NCBI GenBank assembly: GCA_965248445.1
Contig: CBDFJG010000003.1
Location: 1,568,001 to 1,632,000 of the forward strand
DNA: 64,000 nt
Direction: 5' to 3'
Origin: Planctomycetota bacterium
GTDB lineage: Bacteria > Planctomycetota > JAJSAM01 > JAJVHW01
Below are positions 1-9,660 of this stretch, one piece after another. The notes below the pieces were generated by a model. It was given only the letters and a program-made list of their open reading frames with translations. It did not search any database and was not told the origin of the DNA. Positions within the stretch are counted from its first letter, which is position 1. The number at the start of each line of letters is the position of its first letter. Position numbers and translations under genes: made by a program.

Positions 1-417
1 CACTTTCAGGTTGCTCGCAACGTCGAGTCCGGACAGGACGACGCCGCCGTTGACTCCGCCGAAGAAGTTGAGCTTGCGAACCGACGCACGGGGGATACCG
101 GCACCCGGCGTGTTCGCCGTGAATCGAACGCGGCTGGTCCGGGCGAAGCGCCGTCTCCTGTCGCCGTCGACATCGTCGGTGACGAACGGGTCCGTGCCGC
201 CGTTCAGCGTCGTCTCGCCCAAGCCGTCGATCTGGATGCCGGTCGTAGTAGGTGTGATCGTCACCTCGACGTCGCCGCCCACCTGACCAGTCATCGTGAG
301 ATGACCGCTCTTCACCTTGACGGCCACGTTGTCGGCGTATGCACTCGAGACAAGCGCGAGCGCCACGACCCCGAATGCGAGTCCACGAATCACGCGAGCG
401 CTGCGAAGTGTAAGCAT
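1..417 (-). CDS. Secreted beta-rich hypothetical protein, tandem paralog of 492..1544 (partial, runs off the window edge)
   Basis: Manual translation from ATG 417 gives MLTLRSARVIRGLAFGVVALALVSSAYADNVAVKVKSGHLTMTGQVGGDVEVTITP...RASVRKLNFFGGVNGG...SNLKV, collinear with the neighbouring ORF. Not present in the ORF track. Confidence 0.85.
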   Translation of the reverse strand, partial: MLTLRSARVIRGLAFGVVALALVSSAYADNVAVKVKSGHLTMTGQVGGDVEVTITPTTTGIQIDGLGETTLNGGTDPFVTDDVDGDRRRRFARTSRVRFTANTPGAGIPRASVRKLNFFGGVNGGVVLSGLDVASNLKV

Positions 418-491
418 GATCCCTGTCTCTTGGCGGGCAGTAGGTTGGGGGCGGGCCGCTGCGCCCGCCCGCGATCGGACGATGCCGCTTG

Positions 492-1544
492 CTACTCCAG
501 CGTGTCGATGTCCTCGACCCGCACGGTCTTGATCTCGTTGAGCGCGCCCGTCGTGCGCCAGCTGTCGTTCCCGAACGAGCCGTCGTACTTGCTCTTGGTG
601 CCGAGCACAGAGTCTGCCGTCACGAGCTCGTCGTTCCCCTTGCCCGTCGTGACGATGAGCTTCCCGAACGTCGAGCCGTTGATGTCGATGAGATCGTCTT
701 CGACGCCGACGACTATGACCGCCTTCCCCGTGACGTCGAGGGACTCGATGAACAGCTCCTGCTCGTGGAGGTTCGCCTTGGCGGAGAAGTTTCCGCCCAC
801 GCCCACGTCGTCCAGGAACAGGTCCATGTCCGCGCGGAAGTTCAGGTTGCCGGCGACGTCGCACCGCTCCATTGTCACGTTCGAGCTGTTGACTTTGACG
901 CCCAGGGACATCGATCCGAGCGTGAGGTCCGTGAACACGAAGTCGGTGTTGCGGCCCGCGGTCCCAACTTGCGCCACGGCGTTGACCTTGAGCGCCTTGG
1001 CGACGGTCGTATCCGCGATGGCGACGGTGTCGATCTCATCGCGCACCCCGATCTTGGCCTTGATGGACTTCCCGACGCTGCAGCCCACGATCTCGAGGCT
1101 CGCGTTCTGACGCGCACGGGCCAGATCGACCTTCAGGTTGCTCTCGACGTCGACCTGATTCAGGACCAGGCCGGCGTTGATCCCGGCGAAGAAGTTCAGC
1201 TTGCGCACCGAGGCGCGCGGATCCTCACCGGAGGGGCCGTTCACCGTGAGCCGCACGCGGTCGGTGCGCGCGAAGCGCAGCCGCCAGTCGCGCGTGACCT
1301 CGTCCGTGACGAACGGGTCGCCCGACCCGTTGATCGTGGTGGTGTCAACGCCTTCGATCTGGATGCCGGTCGCGGTCGGCGTAATCGTCACCTCGACATC
1401 GCCGCCGACCTGTCCGGTCAGCGTCAGGTGGCCGTTCTTGACCTTGGCGTTCACGTTGTCGGCGTACGCACTCGAGACGAGCGCGAGTGCCATGGCACCG
1501 AACACGAAGCCACGAATCAAACGAGTTCGAAACGGTCTGAGCAT
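492..1544 (-). CDS. Secreted beta-strand-rich hypothetical protein
   Basis: Signal peptide ending in AYA-D; alternating hydrophobic/polar beta pattern; paralog immediately downstream. Confidence 0.8.
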   Translation of the reverse strand: MLRPFRTRLIRGFVFGAMALALVSSAYADNVNAKVKNGHLTLTGQVGGDVEVTITPTATGIQIEGVDTTTINGSGDPFVTDEVTRDWRLRFARTDRVRLTVNGPSGEDPRASVRKLNFFAGINAGLVLNQVDVESNLKVDLARARQNASLEIVGCSVGKSIKAKIGVRDEIDTVAIADTTVAKALKVNAVAQVGTAGRNTDFVFTDLTLGSMSLGVKVNSSNVTMERCDVAGNLNFRADMDLFLDDVGVGGNFSAKANLHEQELFIESLDVTGKAVIVVGVEDDLIDINGSTFGKLIVTTGKGNDELVTADSVLGTKSKYDGSFGNDSWRTTGALNEIKTVRVEDIDTLE

Positions 1545-1638
1545 GATCCCTCTCTCTCCTTCGGGCGGCTGCGATGTCGCCCGGCCGTCCGCAGCCTAGC
1601 CGTGATCGGCAGAACTGCTGGGAATGCCCGGTCCGGCG

Positions 1639-2364
1639 CTATTCGGAGTTGTACCGCAGTCCCCTCACCCGGCGTGCGGGACCCTCCAGGCAGAGGGCTC
1701 CGACGTAACTGCGATGCGGTCTCAGGTGGATCAGCGTCCAGCGGCGCCGTTCGGGCGGCTCGAAGCGTGTCGCGACGACGCGCGGCACCTCGTCGCTGAG
1801 CAGCGTCACGTCAAACTGGTGGAGCGGGGTCATCAAGCCGGTTCCGCGAGCCTTGAGCAGCGCCTCCTTGCGCGTCCAGCAACGGAAGAACGCCGCGTGC
1901 GGGTCGACCGCCCGTGCCAGGCGCTTCCGCTCCGCCGGTGAGAAGAACCGCTCCCCCACTCCCGAGTGATCGATGTCGTCACGCACGAGCTCGACGTCTA
2001 CGCCGAGCACGCCCCTGCGCGTCATCGCCACGAGCAGGAGGTCGCCGGAGTGCGTCACGTTGAACTCGATCGCGCTCTCGTCGTCGACGAGCGACGGCCG
2101 CCCGTCCTTGCTGTACTCGAACGCGAGATCGCTGGGATCTGTGCCGGTGTAGAGGCCCAGCAGCCGCCGCAAGGTGCCGCGCGAGACGACGGACTGCTCG
2201 CGCTTCTCCGGCACCACGATTCGGTCGGCCTTGGCGATCTCGTCCGCCGCGAGCAGAGAGCGCATCGCGCGACGGACCCGCGACGGGACCCGCAGTGGCG
2301 CGGACCACACGTGCACATCCGTGCCGGTCAGGCCCGGGCGCCCGGCGGGCGCGCGCCACCTCAT
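1639..2364 (-). CDS. Sfp-type 4'-phosphopantetheinyl transferase
   Basis: Motifs FNVTHSGD, GVDVE and WTRKEALLKARGTGL. ATG 2364 overlaps the oleD stop (ATGA). Confidence 0.92.
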   Translation of the reverse strand: MRWRAPAGRPGLTGTDVHVWSAPLRVPSRVRRAMRSLLAADEIAKADRIVVPEKREQSVVSRGTLRRLLGLYTGTDPSDLAFEYSKDGRPSLVDDESAIEFNVTHSGDLLLVAMTRRGVLGVDVELVRDDIDHSGVGERFFSPAERKRLARAVDPHAAFFRCWTRKEALLKARGTGLMTPLHQFDVTLLSDEVPRVVATRFEPPERRRWTLIHLRPHRSYVGALCLEGPARRVRGLRYNSE

Positions 2365-3356
2365 GCGCTGCTCTCCGCAAGCCAGGCTGCGAGGCGCTCC
2401 AGGCCCTCGTCCGTGGAGACCTGCGGGTCGTAGCCGAGGTCGCGCTTGGCCGCCGTCAGGTCGAACCAGTGCGACGTCGCGAGCTGTTTGGCGACGAAGC
2501 GCGTCATCGGCGGCTCCTCCTCGCGCCCGATCAGGTCGTAGTACGCCTCGAGTGCCGCGCCGACCGCATACGCGATGCTGGGGGCGATGGTGCGCGCCAC
2601 GGGTTGCACGCCGCCCGCTGCGAGGATGCGATCGATCAACTCCCACACGACGATGGGCTCGTCGTTCGCGATGAAGTACGGCTTCCCCGCGCACGGCGCA
2701 CCCGGGCCGAGACGGTCCGCGGCCTGGATGTGCGCGTCGGCGGCGTTCTCGACGTACGTGGCGTCGATGAGGCAGTCGCGCGTTCCGACCCGCCGCAGCT
2801 TTCCGGCCCTGCCCCGCTCGAGCAGCCGCGGCACCAGATGGTTGTCATGCGGCCCCCACACGAGATGCGGGCGAAGGGCGACCGTCGAGAGCTGCGGATT
2901 GTTGGCGGCCAGGACGTTCTGCTCGGCGCGCGCCTTCGTCGCCGGGTACGCGCACAGGAAGCGCTGCGCGTACGGCGCGCTCTCGTCCACGCCCTCCTGG
3001 TCGGTGCCGTCGTGGATGACGCTCGGTGTACTCGTGTGGACCAACTTCGTGACGCCGTGCTTGCGGCAGGCGTCGAGCACGTTGCGCGTCCCCTTGACAT
3101 TGGCTGCGTGATAGTCCTCGTCCGGTCCCCACACACCGGCCTTCGCCGCAACGTGGAAGACGATATCGACGCCTTTCACGGCGTCGTGCACGGCGTCGGC
3201 ATCGGCGATGTCGCCCCGCCGTGCGTCGACACCGAACTCCTCGAGCCACGGATACGCGCTCCTGTTGATCGTCCGGACCTCGTCGCCGCGAGCCGTCAGC
3301 TTCCGCACGATCCACCCGCCGAGGAAGCCGCCGCCGCCGGTGATCAATGCCTTCAT
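2361..3356 (-). CDS. oleD: 2-alkyl-3-oxoalkanoate reductase (3-beta-HSD / extended SDR family)
   Basis: MKALITGGGGFLG Rossmann motif, YPATK catalytic motif, RPHLVWGP. ATGA overlap with oleC; operon context. Confidence 0.9.
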   Translation of the reverse strand: MKALITGGGGFLGGWIVRKLTARGDEVRTINRSAYPWLEEFGVDARRGDIADADAVHDAVKGVDIVFHVAAKAGVWGPDEDYHAANVKGTRNVLDACRKHGVTKLVHTSTPSVIHDGTDQEGVDESAPYAQRFLCAYPATKARAEQNVLAANNPQLSTVALRPHLVWGPHDNHLVPRLLERGRAGKLRRVGTRDCLIDATYVENAADAHIQAADRLGPGAPCAGKPYFIANDEPIVVWELIDRILAAGGVQPVARTIAPSIAYAVGAALEAYYDLIGREEEPPMTRFVAKQLATSHWFDLTAAKRDLGYDPQVSTDEGLERLAAWLAESSA

Positions 3357-4972
3357 CCGTACAGCTTCTTCTGCGCCCACGCGGCGAGCAACTCCCGCCG
3401 GATCTTGGCGTTGTGGCGGGGGTCGACGGGGAAGCCCCTGTGCTCCAACGCATGCCGGAGCAGGGCGAATTCGGGACGCTCGCGTGCAACGGAAGCGATG
3501 CGTGCCGAGACCGGAGTCGGCGCAGGGCGGCCCGACATGCGCTCGAACACGAGGACTGCCTCGCGGCCCTGCGGCCCGTCCACGCCCACGAGCGCCGTGC
3601 GCACATCCACTGTGTCGAGCACTCGTTCGATCGGGATCGTGAAGAGCGTCCGCCCTGCCAGCACCACTCGGTGCGCCTTGCGGCCGCAGTACCAGATCCG
3701 TCCGGCTTCGTCGAAGTAGCCGACGTCCCCCATGCGGTGCCAGATCGAGTCCGTGTCCCGGATCTTCGCGTGTTGCGTCTTCTCCGGCTCGTCCGCGTAC
3801 GAGAGCGTCACCGACGGGCCGCGCACGCAAATTTCGCCGATCTCACCGGCCGGGACCGGGAGGTCGTCGGACCACGACTCGATCCGATCGTCGGAGATCC
3901 CGATGATGCGCACCTCGCTCGGCGCGGTGGGCCGGCCGACGCAGACACCGGCGCCGTCACGCGTCTTCGCCGCCGTCTCGCCCAAGATCTCCGCATCCTG
4001 AATCGTCGCAACGGGGAGCGCCTCGGTGGCTCCGTACGGGGTGTGCACCGGAGTGGTCGGCGGCAACACGTCGCGCAGGTCCTGCAGCACCTGGGCCGGC
4101 ACGGGAGCGCCGGCCGAGATGACCCTGCGGAGCGTGCGGACGTCGACGGGATCGAACTCCCCCGCGACCCGCCGCAGCAGGGCGGGCGAACCGAACAGGT
4201 TCGTCACGCCGAAGCGCGCAATCGGCGCGGTGATCTCGTCCGGATCCACGCTGCCGGGCTTCGTGAAGTCCATCTTCGGCACGACGGTCGTCATCCCGAG
4301 CGCGGGATCGAACAGCGCAAACAACGGGAACGTCGGCAGGTTGATCTCACCGGGCTCGATGCCGTACAGCTCCTTCAGCATCGCGACCTGCGCATTGAAC
4401 GTGCGATGCGTGTAAACCGCGCCCTTCGGCGATCCGGTGCTGCCACTCGTGAAGATGATCGCAGCGGGCTCGTCCATGCCGATGTCCACGAGTGGGCTGC
4501 GACCCGAGACATGGCCGAGCCGGCGGACCTGCTCGAGCGTCTGACAACCGGGGAGGTAGTTGGGTCCCACCCACACGGTCTTGGTGACGCTGCCCTTCGC
4601 CCAGCCCGCGAGCTTCCGCGCGAGGTGCGCCTTGATCACGCCGATGAACGCCTCGGGCTTCACGCGATCGAGGGACGTCTTCAACGCAGCGAGGCCCATA
4701 CCGGGGTCGAGCAGCACGGGGATCGCACCGCACTTGAAGAGTCCGAAGAACAGCGCGAACAGATCGCGGCCGGGCGTCACGAACAGAGCAGTCCGCACGC
4801 CCTTGCCGATCCCGATCTCGGTGAGTCCCCGGGCGATGCTGTCGCTGTCCGCATCCAACTCGCGGTACGAGATCGTCCAGTAGTCACCACCGGAGGGGAC
4901 GATCAGCGCAGGCAGGTCAGGCTGCGTCCGCGCCAGCTCGGTCAGGTGCCGCGCAATGCTGGCGTGGCTCAT
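3353..4972 (-). CDS. oleC: Olefin beta-lactone synthetase (AMP-dependent ligase)
   Basis: FTSGSTGSPKG, PYGATEALP, WHRMGDVG and the C-terminal FPVDPRHNAKIRRE. Start MSHASIARHL at 4972 is coupled to oleB. Confidence 0.92.
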   Translation of the reverse strand: MSHASIARHLTELARTQPDLPALIVPSGGDYWTISYRELDADSDSIARGLTEIGIGKGVRTALFVTPGRDLFALFFGLFKCGAIPVLLDPGMGLAALKTSLDRVKPEAFIGVIKAHLARKLAGWAKGSVTKTVWVGPNYLPGCQTLEQVRRLGHVSGRSPLVDIGMDEPAAIIFTSGSTGSPKGAVYTHRTFNAQVAMLKELYGIEPGEINLPTFPLFALFDPALGMTTVVPKMDFTKPGSVDPDEITAPIARFGVTNLFGSPALLRRVAGEFDPVDVRTLRRVISAGAPVPAQVLQDLRDVLPPTTPVHTPYGATEALPVATIQDAEILGETAAKTRDGAGVCVGRPTAPSEVRIIGISDDRIESWSDDLPVPAGEIGEICVRGPSVTLSYADEPEKTQHAKIRDTDSIWHRMGDVGYFDEAGRIWYCGRKAHRVVLAGRTLFTIPIERVLDTVDVRTALVGVDGPQGREAVLVFERMSGRPAPTPVSARIASVARERPEFALLRHALEHRGFPVDPRHNAKIRRELLAAWAQKKLYG

Positions 4973-5862
4973 TCCGGACCGACGGGGTGACGCAGGAGGA
5001 AGTCGCGCACGAGCGGCGCAATCTCCTCCCCCGCGTCCTCCAGCACGTAGTGGCCGGCGTTCTCGAAGCGGTGCACCTCGGCGTCCGGGAAGCGGCGCTC
5101 CCATTCCTCGCGGAACACGGCGTCGAAAACGAAGTCCTGCTCACCCCAGCAGATGAGCGTGGGCCGCGACGACAAGTCACTGAGCGACGCCTCAGTCCAC
5201 TCCACGATGTCGTAGCCCGCGTCCTGTGGCGAAAGCGGGATGGTCTTCACGAATTCGTGGATCGCAACGCGGTTGGCCCACGAGTCGTACGGACGCTCGT
5301 ACATCGCGCGAACCTCGTCGGGCAGCGGCTTCACCGTGCAGGTACTCGACGCGCCTTTCACGAACGCGTTGAACCCGCGCGTGATCAGTCCTCCGACGAG
5401 CGGATTGCGGCACGCCGCAATCTGCCACGGCAGTTTTGTGCCCTTTGGATTGCGAAAGGCCGCCGTGTTCAGCACGACGAGGCGTGCGACACGGGACGGA
5501 TCACGTGCCGCCCAGGCCATGCCGATCATGCCGCCCCAGTCGTGCACGACCAGCGTGACCCGCTTGGCCGCGCCTGCCTGCACCAGGACGGACTCGAGGT
5601 CGTCCACGCGGCGACGCAACGAGTAGTCGTAGTCCTCGCTGGACGGCTTGTCCGAGAGGCCGCAGCCGACGTGGTCGATCGCGATCACGCGGTGGTCGCT
5701 GCGCAGTTCCTGAACGAGTCGGCGGTAGTAGAACGACCAGGTGGGGTTGCCGTGGACCATCACGACCGGCGGAGCGTCCCGCGGCCCCTCGTCCACGTAG
5801 TGCTGCCGCACCCCGCCGTGGTCCACGAACTGCCCCTCGAAGGGGTACAGTTCCGACTTCAC
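4969..5862 (-). CDS. oleB: Beta-lactone decarboxylase (haloalkane-dehalogenase-like alpha/beta hydrolase)
   Basis: HGNPTWSFYYR, VHDWGG nucleophile motif, AGHYVLED. GTG 5862 overlaps the oleA stop; alternative ATG at 5871. Confidence 0.9.
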   Translation of the reverse strand: MKSELYPFEGQFVDHGGVRQHYVDEGPRDAPPVVMVHGNPTWSFYYRRLVQELRSDHRVIAIDHVGCGLSDKPSSEDYDYSLRRRVDDLESVLVQAGAAKRVTLVVHDWGGMIGMAWAARDPSRVARLVVLNTAAFRNPKGTKLPWQIAACRNPLVGGLITRGFNAFVKGASSTCTVKPLPDEVRAMYERPYDSWANRVAIHEFVKTIPLSPQDAGYDIVEWTEASLSDLSSRPTLICWGEQDFVFDAVFREEWERRFPDAEVHRFENAGHYVLEDAGEEIAPLVRDFLLRHPVGPE

Positions 5863-6905
5863 CACCGGCATCCGAGCATCAGGCAGTTCAGCCCGCTCCC
5901 GATCCCGAGGAAGCCGACGTTCTGGCCCTCCTTCAGGACGCCGCGCTCCTCTGCCAGGGCCGCCGTCAACGGAAGCGCGACCGTGCCCATGTTCCCGAGG
6001 AACGGATACGTGACGTAGTCCTTGTCGTCACTCAAACCCGTGCCCGCGAGCATCGCTTCGCGGTGCGCGCGGCCGATCTGGTGCGCAACCCAGCGATCGA
6101 CGTCGTCGAGCGTCCACTCCATCTCGCGCAGGAGGTCGTGCCACGTCGCCGTGAACAGCGCCTCGCCGTGCTTGAGGACACCGATCGCATCGGTCTGCGC
6201 GTACTCCTCGACGTGCGGACCGCCAGCGACCTCGCGGACGCCCCAGCGGCACAGGCGATGGTGCGCCGGCTCGGCTCGCTGCACCGCGCCGAGGATGCGC
6301 CGCCGGTCTCCTTCACCGAACGACCCGTCGGTGACGAGAACGGCCGCGGCACCCGAGCCGCCGGTCAGCGTCGTCAGCGAACCTCGGAACGCTTCCATCG
6401 TCGGTGCGGCGAGGAGCCGCTCGACGGTGAGTTCGTTGATGCGCCGAGCGCTCTCGCACGCGACGACGAGGCCCGCACGAATCTGTCCGAGCTCGATCCG
6501 GTTGCTGACGTCGATGATCCCGTTGACGACGCCGAGGCACGCGTTCGATACGTCGTACACCGCGGCGTCCGGCGCGCACCCGATCACCGCCGCGACATCA
6601 CACGCGGTGGCCGGCTCGAAGTCCTCGCGGCACACGCCGCAGTACAGGAGTGCGCCGATATCCGACGGCGCGACGGAGGAGGCGGCGAGGGCCTTTTCAG
6701 CCGCTCGGATCGCGCCCTCGGAGACCGAGAACCCGCGTTCCCACCAGCGCCGCTCCTCGATCCCCGTCCACGTGACCAGTTGTCCCTCGGGGATGCGGAG
6801 TGCCGCGAAGAGCGGTGCCAGACGATCCTCGAGTTCCGCCGTGGTGACCACGACGGGCGCGAGTTCGTACGCCAGGGAGGCGATCCGGGCCTTCGAGAAG
6901 CGCAT
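5859..6905 (-). CDS. oleA: Acyl-CoA:acyl-CoA alkyltransferase (thiolase/FabH-like head-to-head condensing enzyme)
   Basis: OleA signatures EPATA (catalytic Glu), NACLG (Cys), AHQIG (His), GNMG and GIGSGLNC. First gene of oleABCD. Confidence 0.92.
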   Translation of the reverse strand: MRFSKARIASLAYELAPVVVTTAELEDRLAPLFAALRIPEGQLVTWTGIEERRWWERGFSVSEGAIRAAEKALAASSVAPSDIGALLYCGVCREDFEPATACDVAAVIGCAPDAAVYDVSNACLGVVNGIIDVSNRIELGQIRAGLVVACESARRINELTVERLLAAPTMEAFRGSLTTLTGGSGAAAVLVTDGSFGEGDRRRILGAVQRAEPAHHRLCRWGVREVAGGPHVEEYAQTDAIGVLKHGEALFTATWHDLLREMEWTLDDVDRWVAHQIGRAHREAMLAGTGLSDDKDYVTYPFLGNMGTVALPLTAALAEERGVLKEGQNVGFLGIGSGLNCLMLGCRW

Positions 6906-7068
6906 GACCGAGCGATCCTACCGACCCTGCCTGGGGCACGTGCGGGAGGTTCGGGGGACCTGGGTCGCGGTGCGGGAGACCACTCGCGCCGACACCCGTT
7001 GCCGCCTCGCCGTCCGCTGCTACGCTTGAACGCGGGAAGGTTGGGGATGATCGGGGAAGGAGCCTCTC

Positions 7069-8904
7069 ATGGCCTCTCGCAGCACCCTCCTCGCCGCCTT
7101 CGCGGCCACTGCCCTCAGCGGCGGACTCCTGGCCCTCGCCCCGCCGGCCACCGGCGGATCCAAGCCCGATCCGTTGCGCGACCTCGTCCGGCGGGACGAT
7201 GCTCTCGCGCTGCGCCTGTCGGGCCGCACCCGGATCAGTTCGGACGGCTGGATCGCCGGGCTGACTATTCGGCGGCTCACGGACGGTACCCAGGTTGACG
7301 GCACGTTCGTCCGTGGCCGGCCGCTGACCGACCGGAGCGGCGGCCGCGTCCGGGTGATCCCCTGGCTCATCGAGGACGAGTTGCAGTCTCAGGGCGCATC
7401 TGCGGCGGAGGCGGCGGCGTCCGTCGATCAGTTGCTCTCCGGACGGCGCACCACGCGCCTGGGCAAGCTGCTCCGCTTCGACCGGGCGGTCCGGGACCGG
7501 CTGCCCCTCGGCGCGTACGGCGGCGTCCTGGTGGGCGAAGGCGTCGCGGCGCCCATCCCTCCACCCGTTGACGGGGGCTCCGCGTTGGCCGCGACGCGTC
7601 GGCGCATCGCGGGCGACGACACGCTCTGGGCCGCCGCGCTCGCCGGCGACGCCTCCGCGTATGCACAGCTGCGGTCCGATCCGGAATTCGGTGGCCTGCG
7701 GTTCACCGATGCCTCGGACGGACAGCGGCGCATGGCTCATTTCCGTCACTCGACGCTGGTGCTGAAGCGCGCCCGGCGGGACGTCACGCTGCTGCCGATG
7801 GTGCCGGCCGAGAGCTCCCTGACCGGCTGGCTCGTGGACGAGTCCCAGTACGAGATCGCCGTCGCGGGACGCCGGCGCGTGCTGAGCGCGCGCGTCGCGT
7901 CGAGCGGCAAGCGCATCCAGGGGGCACGCGGCAGGCTGCGATTCCGAACGCCGACGGCGGACGAGCGGTTCCTGCTGCACTCCGGCGCTTTGACCAGGCC
8001 GCGCCCGATCACCGTGACGCCGCCCAATGGCGACTACCTTGTCCACCCGCGAATGGACTGGGAGAGTCCGCAGGACCCGACGACGTACGCGGGCGGAGAG
8101 AACGAGTTCGTGGTGCGCTTGCGCTTCCCCGAGCCGCTAGATCCCGCGACCGTCACGGACCGGGAAGTGTCTCTCACCGCAACTCGCGTGCACGTAGGGA
8201 CGGAGGACGAAGCGGTGGTCGCCGCGTACGTCCCCGGCCACGTGACGTTGACGCAATCCGTGCGAGACGGAGCGATCGTAGAGCTGCGACCGAACGAGCC
8301 CCTGCAGCCGAAGACCGAGTACGAGGTCCGCGTGCGGGGCAGCGTCACGACCCTCGGCAACCAGTACGCGGGATCGGACTGGCTCTCGCGTTTCACGGTC
8401 GCCGGCTCGGCACCCGCGCAGGAACTGACGCAGACGTTCGAGGGATCGCCGCCGGCGGACTACCTCGGTACCGTGCCGACTCCGACGGCGCTGTGGCCCC
8501 GGCCCGAGACGTTCCCGGACGGATCGCAGCGGCTCGCGCCCGATCCGTCGCTCACGACGTCGGTCGCGCACACGGCGTGGCTCGACACGGGACGTCTCGC
8601 GGCGCGTCTCTCACACGTGCTCGACGATCCGGACACGCCCGGGATGGAGGGCAGCGAGATCGACGTGCCCGCGAACGGCTCGACCGTCACTATCGAGGTG
8701 CGGACCGCGCCGCGACACCCGGTGGATCCCTCACTGCCCCAGCCCCTGCTTGCGACATCCTGGCAACCGATCGACGACATCGCCGTGCTGGACGACCGGG
8801 CGTTCGCGCAGGTTCGCGTGACGTTCACGCTGCCACCCGATCTGCCCCCGGGTGCCGCACTGCCGTCGGTCGAGCGCATCGTGATTGGGGTCGCCGCTGA
8901 GTAG
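7069..8904 (+). CDS. Secreted protein with a bacterial Ig-like domain
   Basis: GGAAGGAG RBS; signal peptide; Ig-like segment LRFPEPLDPATV...LRPNEPLQPKTEYEVRV. Confidence 0.7.
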   Translation: MASRSTLLAAFAATALSGGLLALAPPATGGSKPDPLRDLVRRDDALALRLSGRTRISSDGWIAGLTIRRLTDGTQVDGTFVRGRPLTDRSGGRVRVIPWLIEDELQSQGASAAEAAASVDQLLSGRRTTRLGKLLRFDRAVRDRLPLGAYGGVLVGEGVAAPIPPPVDGGSALAATRRRIAGDDTLWAAALAGDASAYAQLRSDPEFGGLRFTDASDGQRRMAHFRHSTLVLKRARRDVTLLPMVPAESSLTGWLVDESQYEIAVAGRRRVLSARVASSGKRIQGARGRLRFRTPTADERFLLHSGALTRPRPITVTPPNGDYLVHPRMDWESPQDPTTYAGGENEFVVRLRFPEPLDPATVTDREVSLTATRVHVGTEDEAVVAAYVPGHVTLTQSVRDGAIVELRPNEPLQPKTEYEVRVRGSVTTLGNQYAGSDWLSRFTVAGSAPAQELTQTFEGSPPADYLGTVPTPTALWPRPETFPDGSQRLAPDPSLTTSVAHTAWLDTGRLAARLSHVLDDPDTPGMEGSEIDVPANGSTVTIEVRTAPRHPVDPSLPQPLLATSWQPIDDIAVLDDRAFAQVRVTFTLPPDLPPGAALPSVERIVIGVAAE

Positions 8905-8933
8905 ACGACTGGCGGGCGTGGACGTCGTTCTGA

Positions 8934-9512
8934 TCACGCAGGACTGAGGACGCCTGCGTCGCGCATGTCGTGCAGCAGCCGGCCGATGCCACCGTAGTGG
9001 GCGGCGAAGTGTTCGAGCACGTGGTAGAGCATCCAGCGGCGGGCGAACGTCTTGTTGCGCATCTCGATCGTCAGCGAGAGGTCGGCATCGCTCCACGCGA
9101 GGAGCACTTCGCGCACCCGCGCGCGCGCCTTGCTCAGCATGTCCTGATAGTCGGCCAGCGTCTTGCCGCGCAGCGCCTCGGGGAACGCGCCGTCCGGCGG
9201 CTGCGGCATGCCGTCGTCCTCACCGGAGAGGCCGATGATCCGCGCGTACTCCGCGTAGACCTCCGGCCGCTCGTCCACGCCGAACGGCGCGCAGGTGAGC
9301 CACCAGATCTCGACCATCGCGAGATGCGCCAGCAACATCCCGACGGAGTTGTGACCGGGTCCCGGCCGCCACTCCAACTGCTCTACCGACAACCCGGCGA
9401 CGGTGTCATTCAAGCGGCGGAGCTGGTCGTCGAGAGACGCGGTCAACACACCGACCAGTTGCTGGGTCACCGGGTCGAACGCGGCGTCGATCTCGAGAAG
9501 GCGGTCGCTCAT
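8934..9512 (-). CDS. DinB/DUF664 family protein
   Basis: NSVGMLLAHLAMVE and WMLYHVLEHFAAHYG His motifs. Confidence 0.85.
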   Translation of the reverse strand: MSDRLLEIDAAFDPVTQQLVGVLTASLDDQLRRLNDTVAGLSVEQLEWRPGPGHNSVGMLLAHLAMVEIWWLTCAPFGVDERPEVYAEYARIIGLSGEDDGMPQPPDGAFPEALRGKTLADYQDMLSKARARVREVLLAWSDADLSLTIEMRNKTFARRWMLYHVLEHFAAHYGGIGRLLHDMRDAGVLSPA

Positions 9513-9660
9513 CGCGGCATCGTAGCGACCCCAGACCGCGTACGGCCGTCGCATCCTCGCAGGGACCGCGGACGGGTTGACGCCTCTGCGGTGCCCGCTA
9601 CGGTCGATGTGGTTGGACTTGGCAGAGTTGGCTTGAGGGCCGCGCTAGACGGAGGACTGG

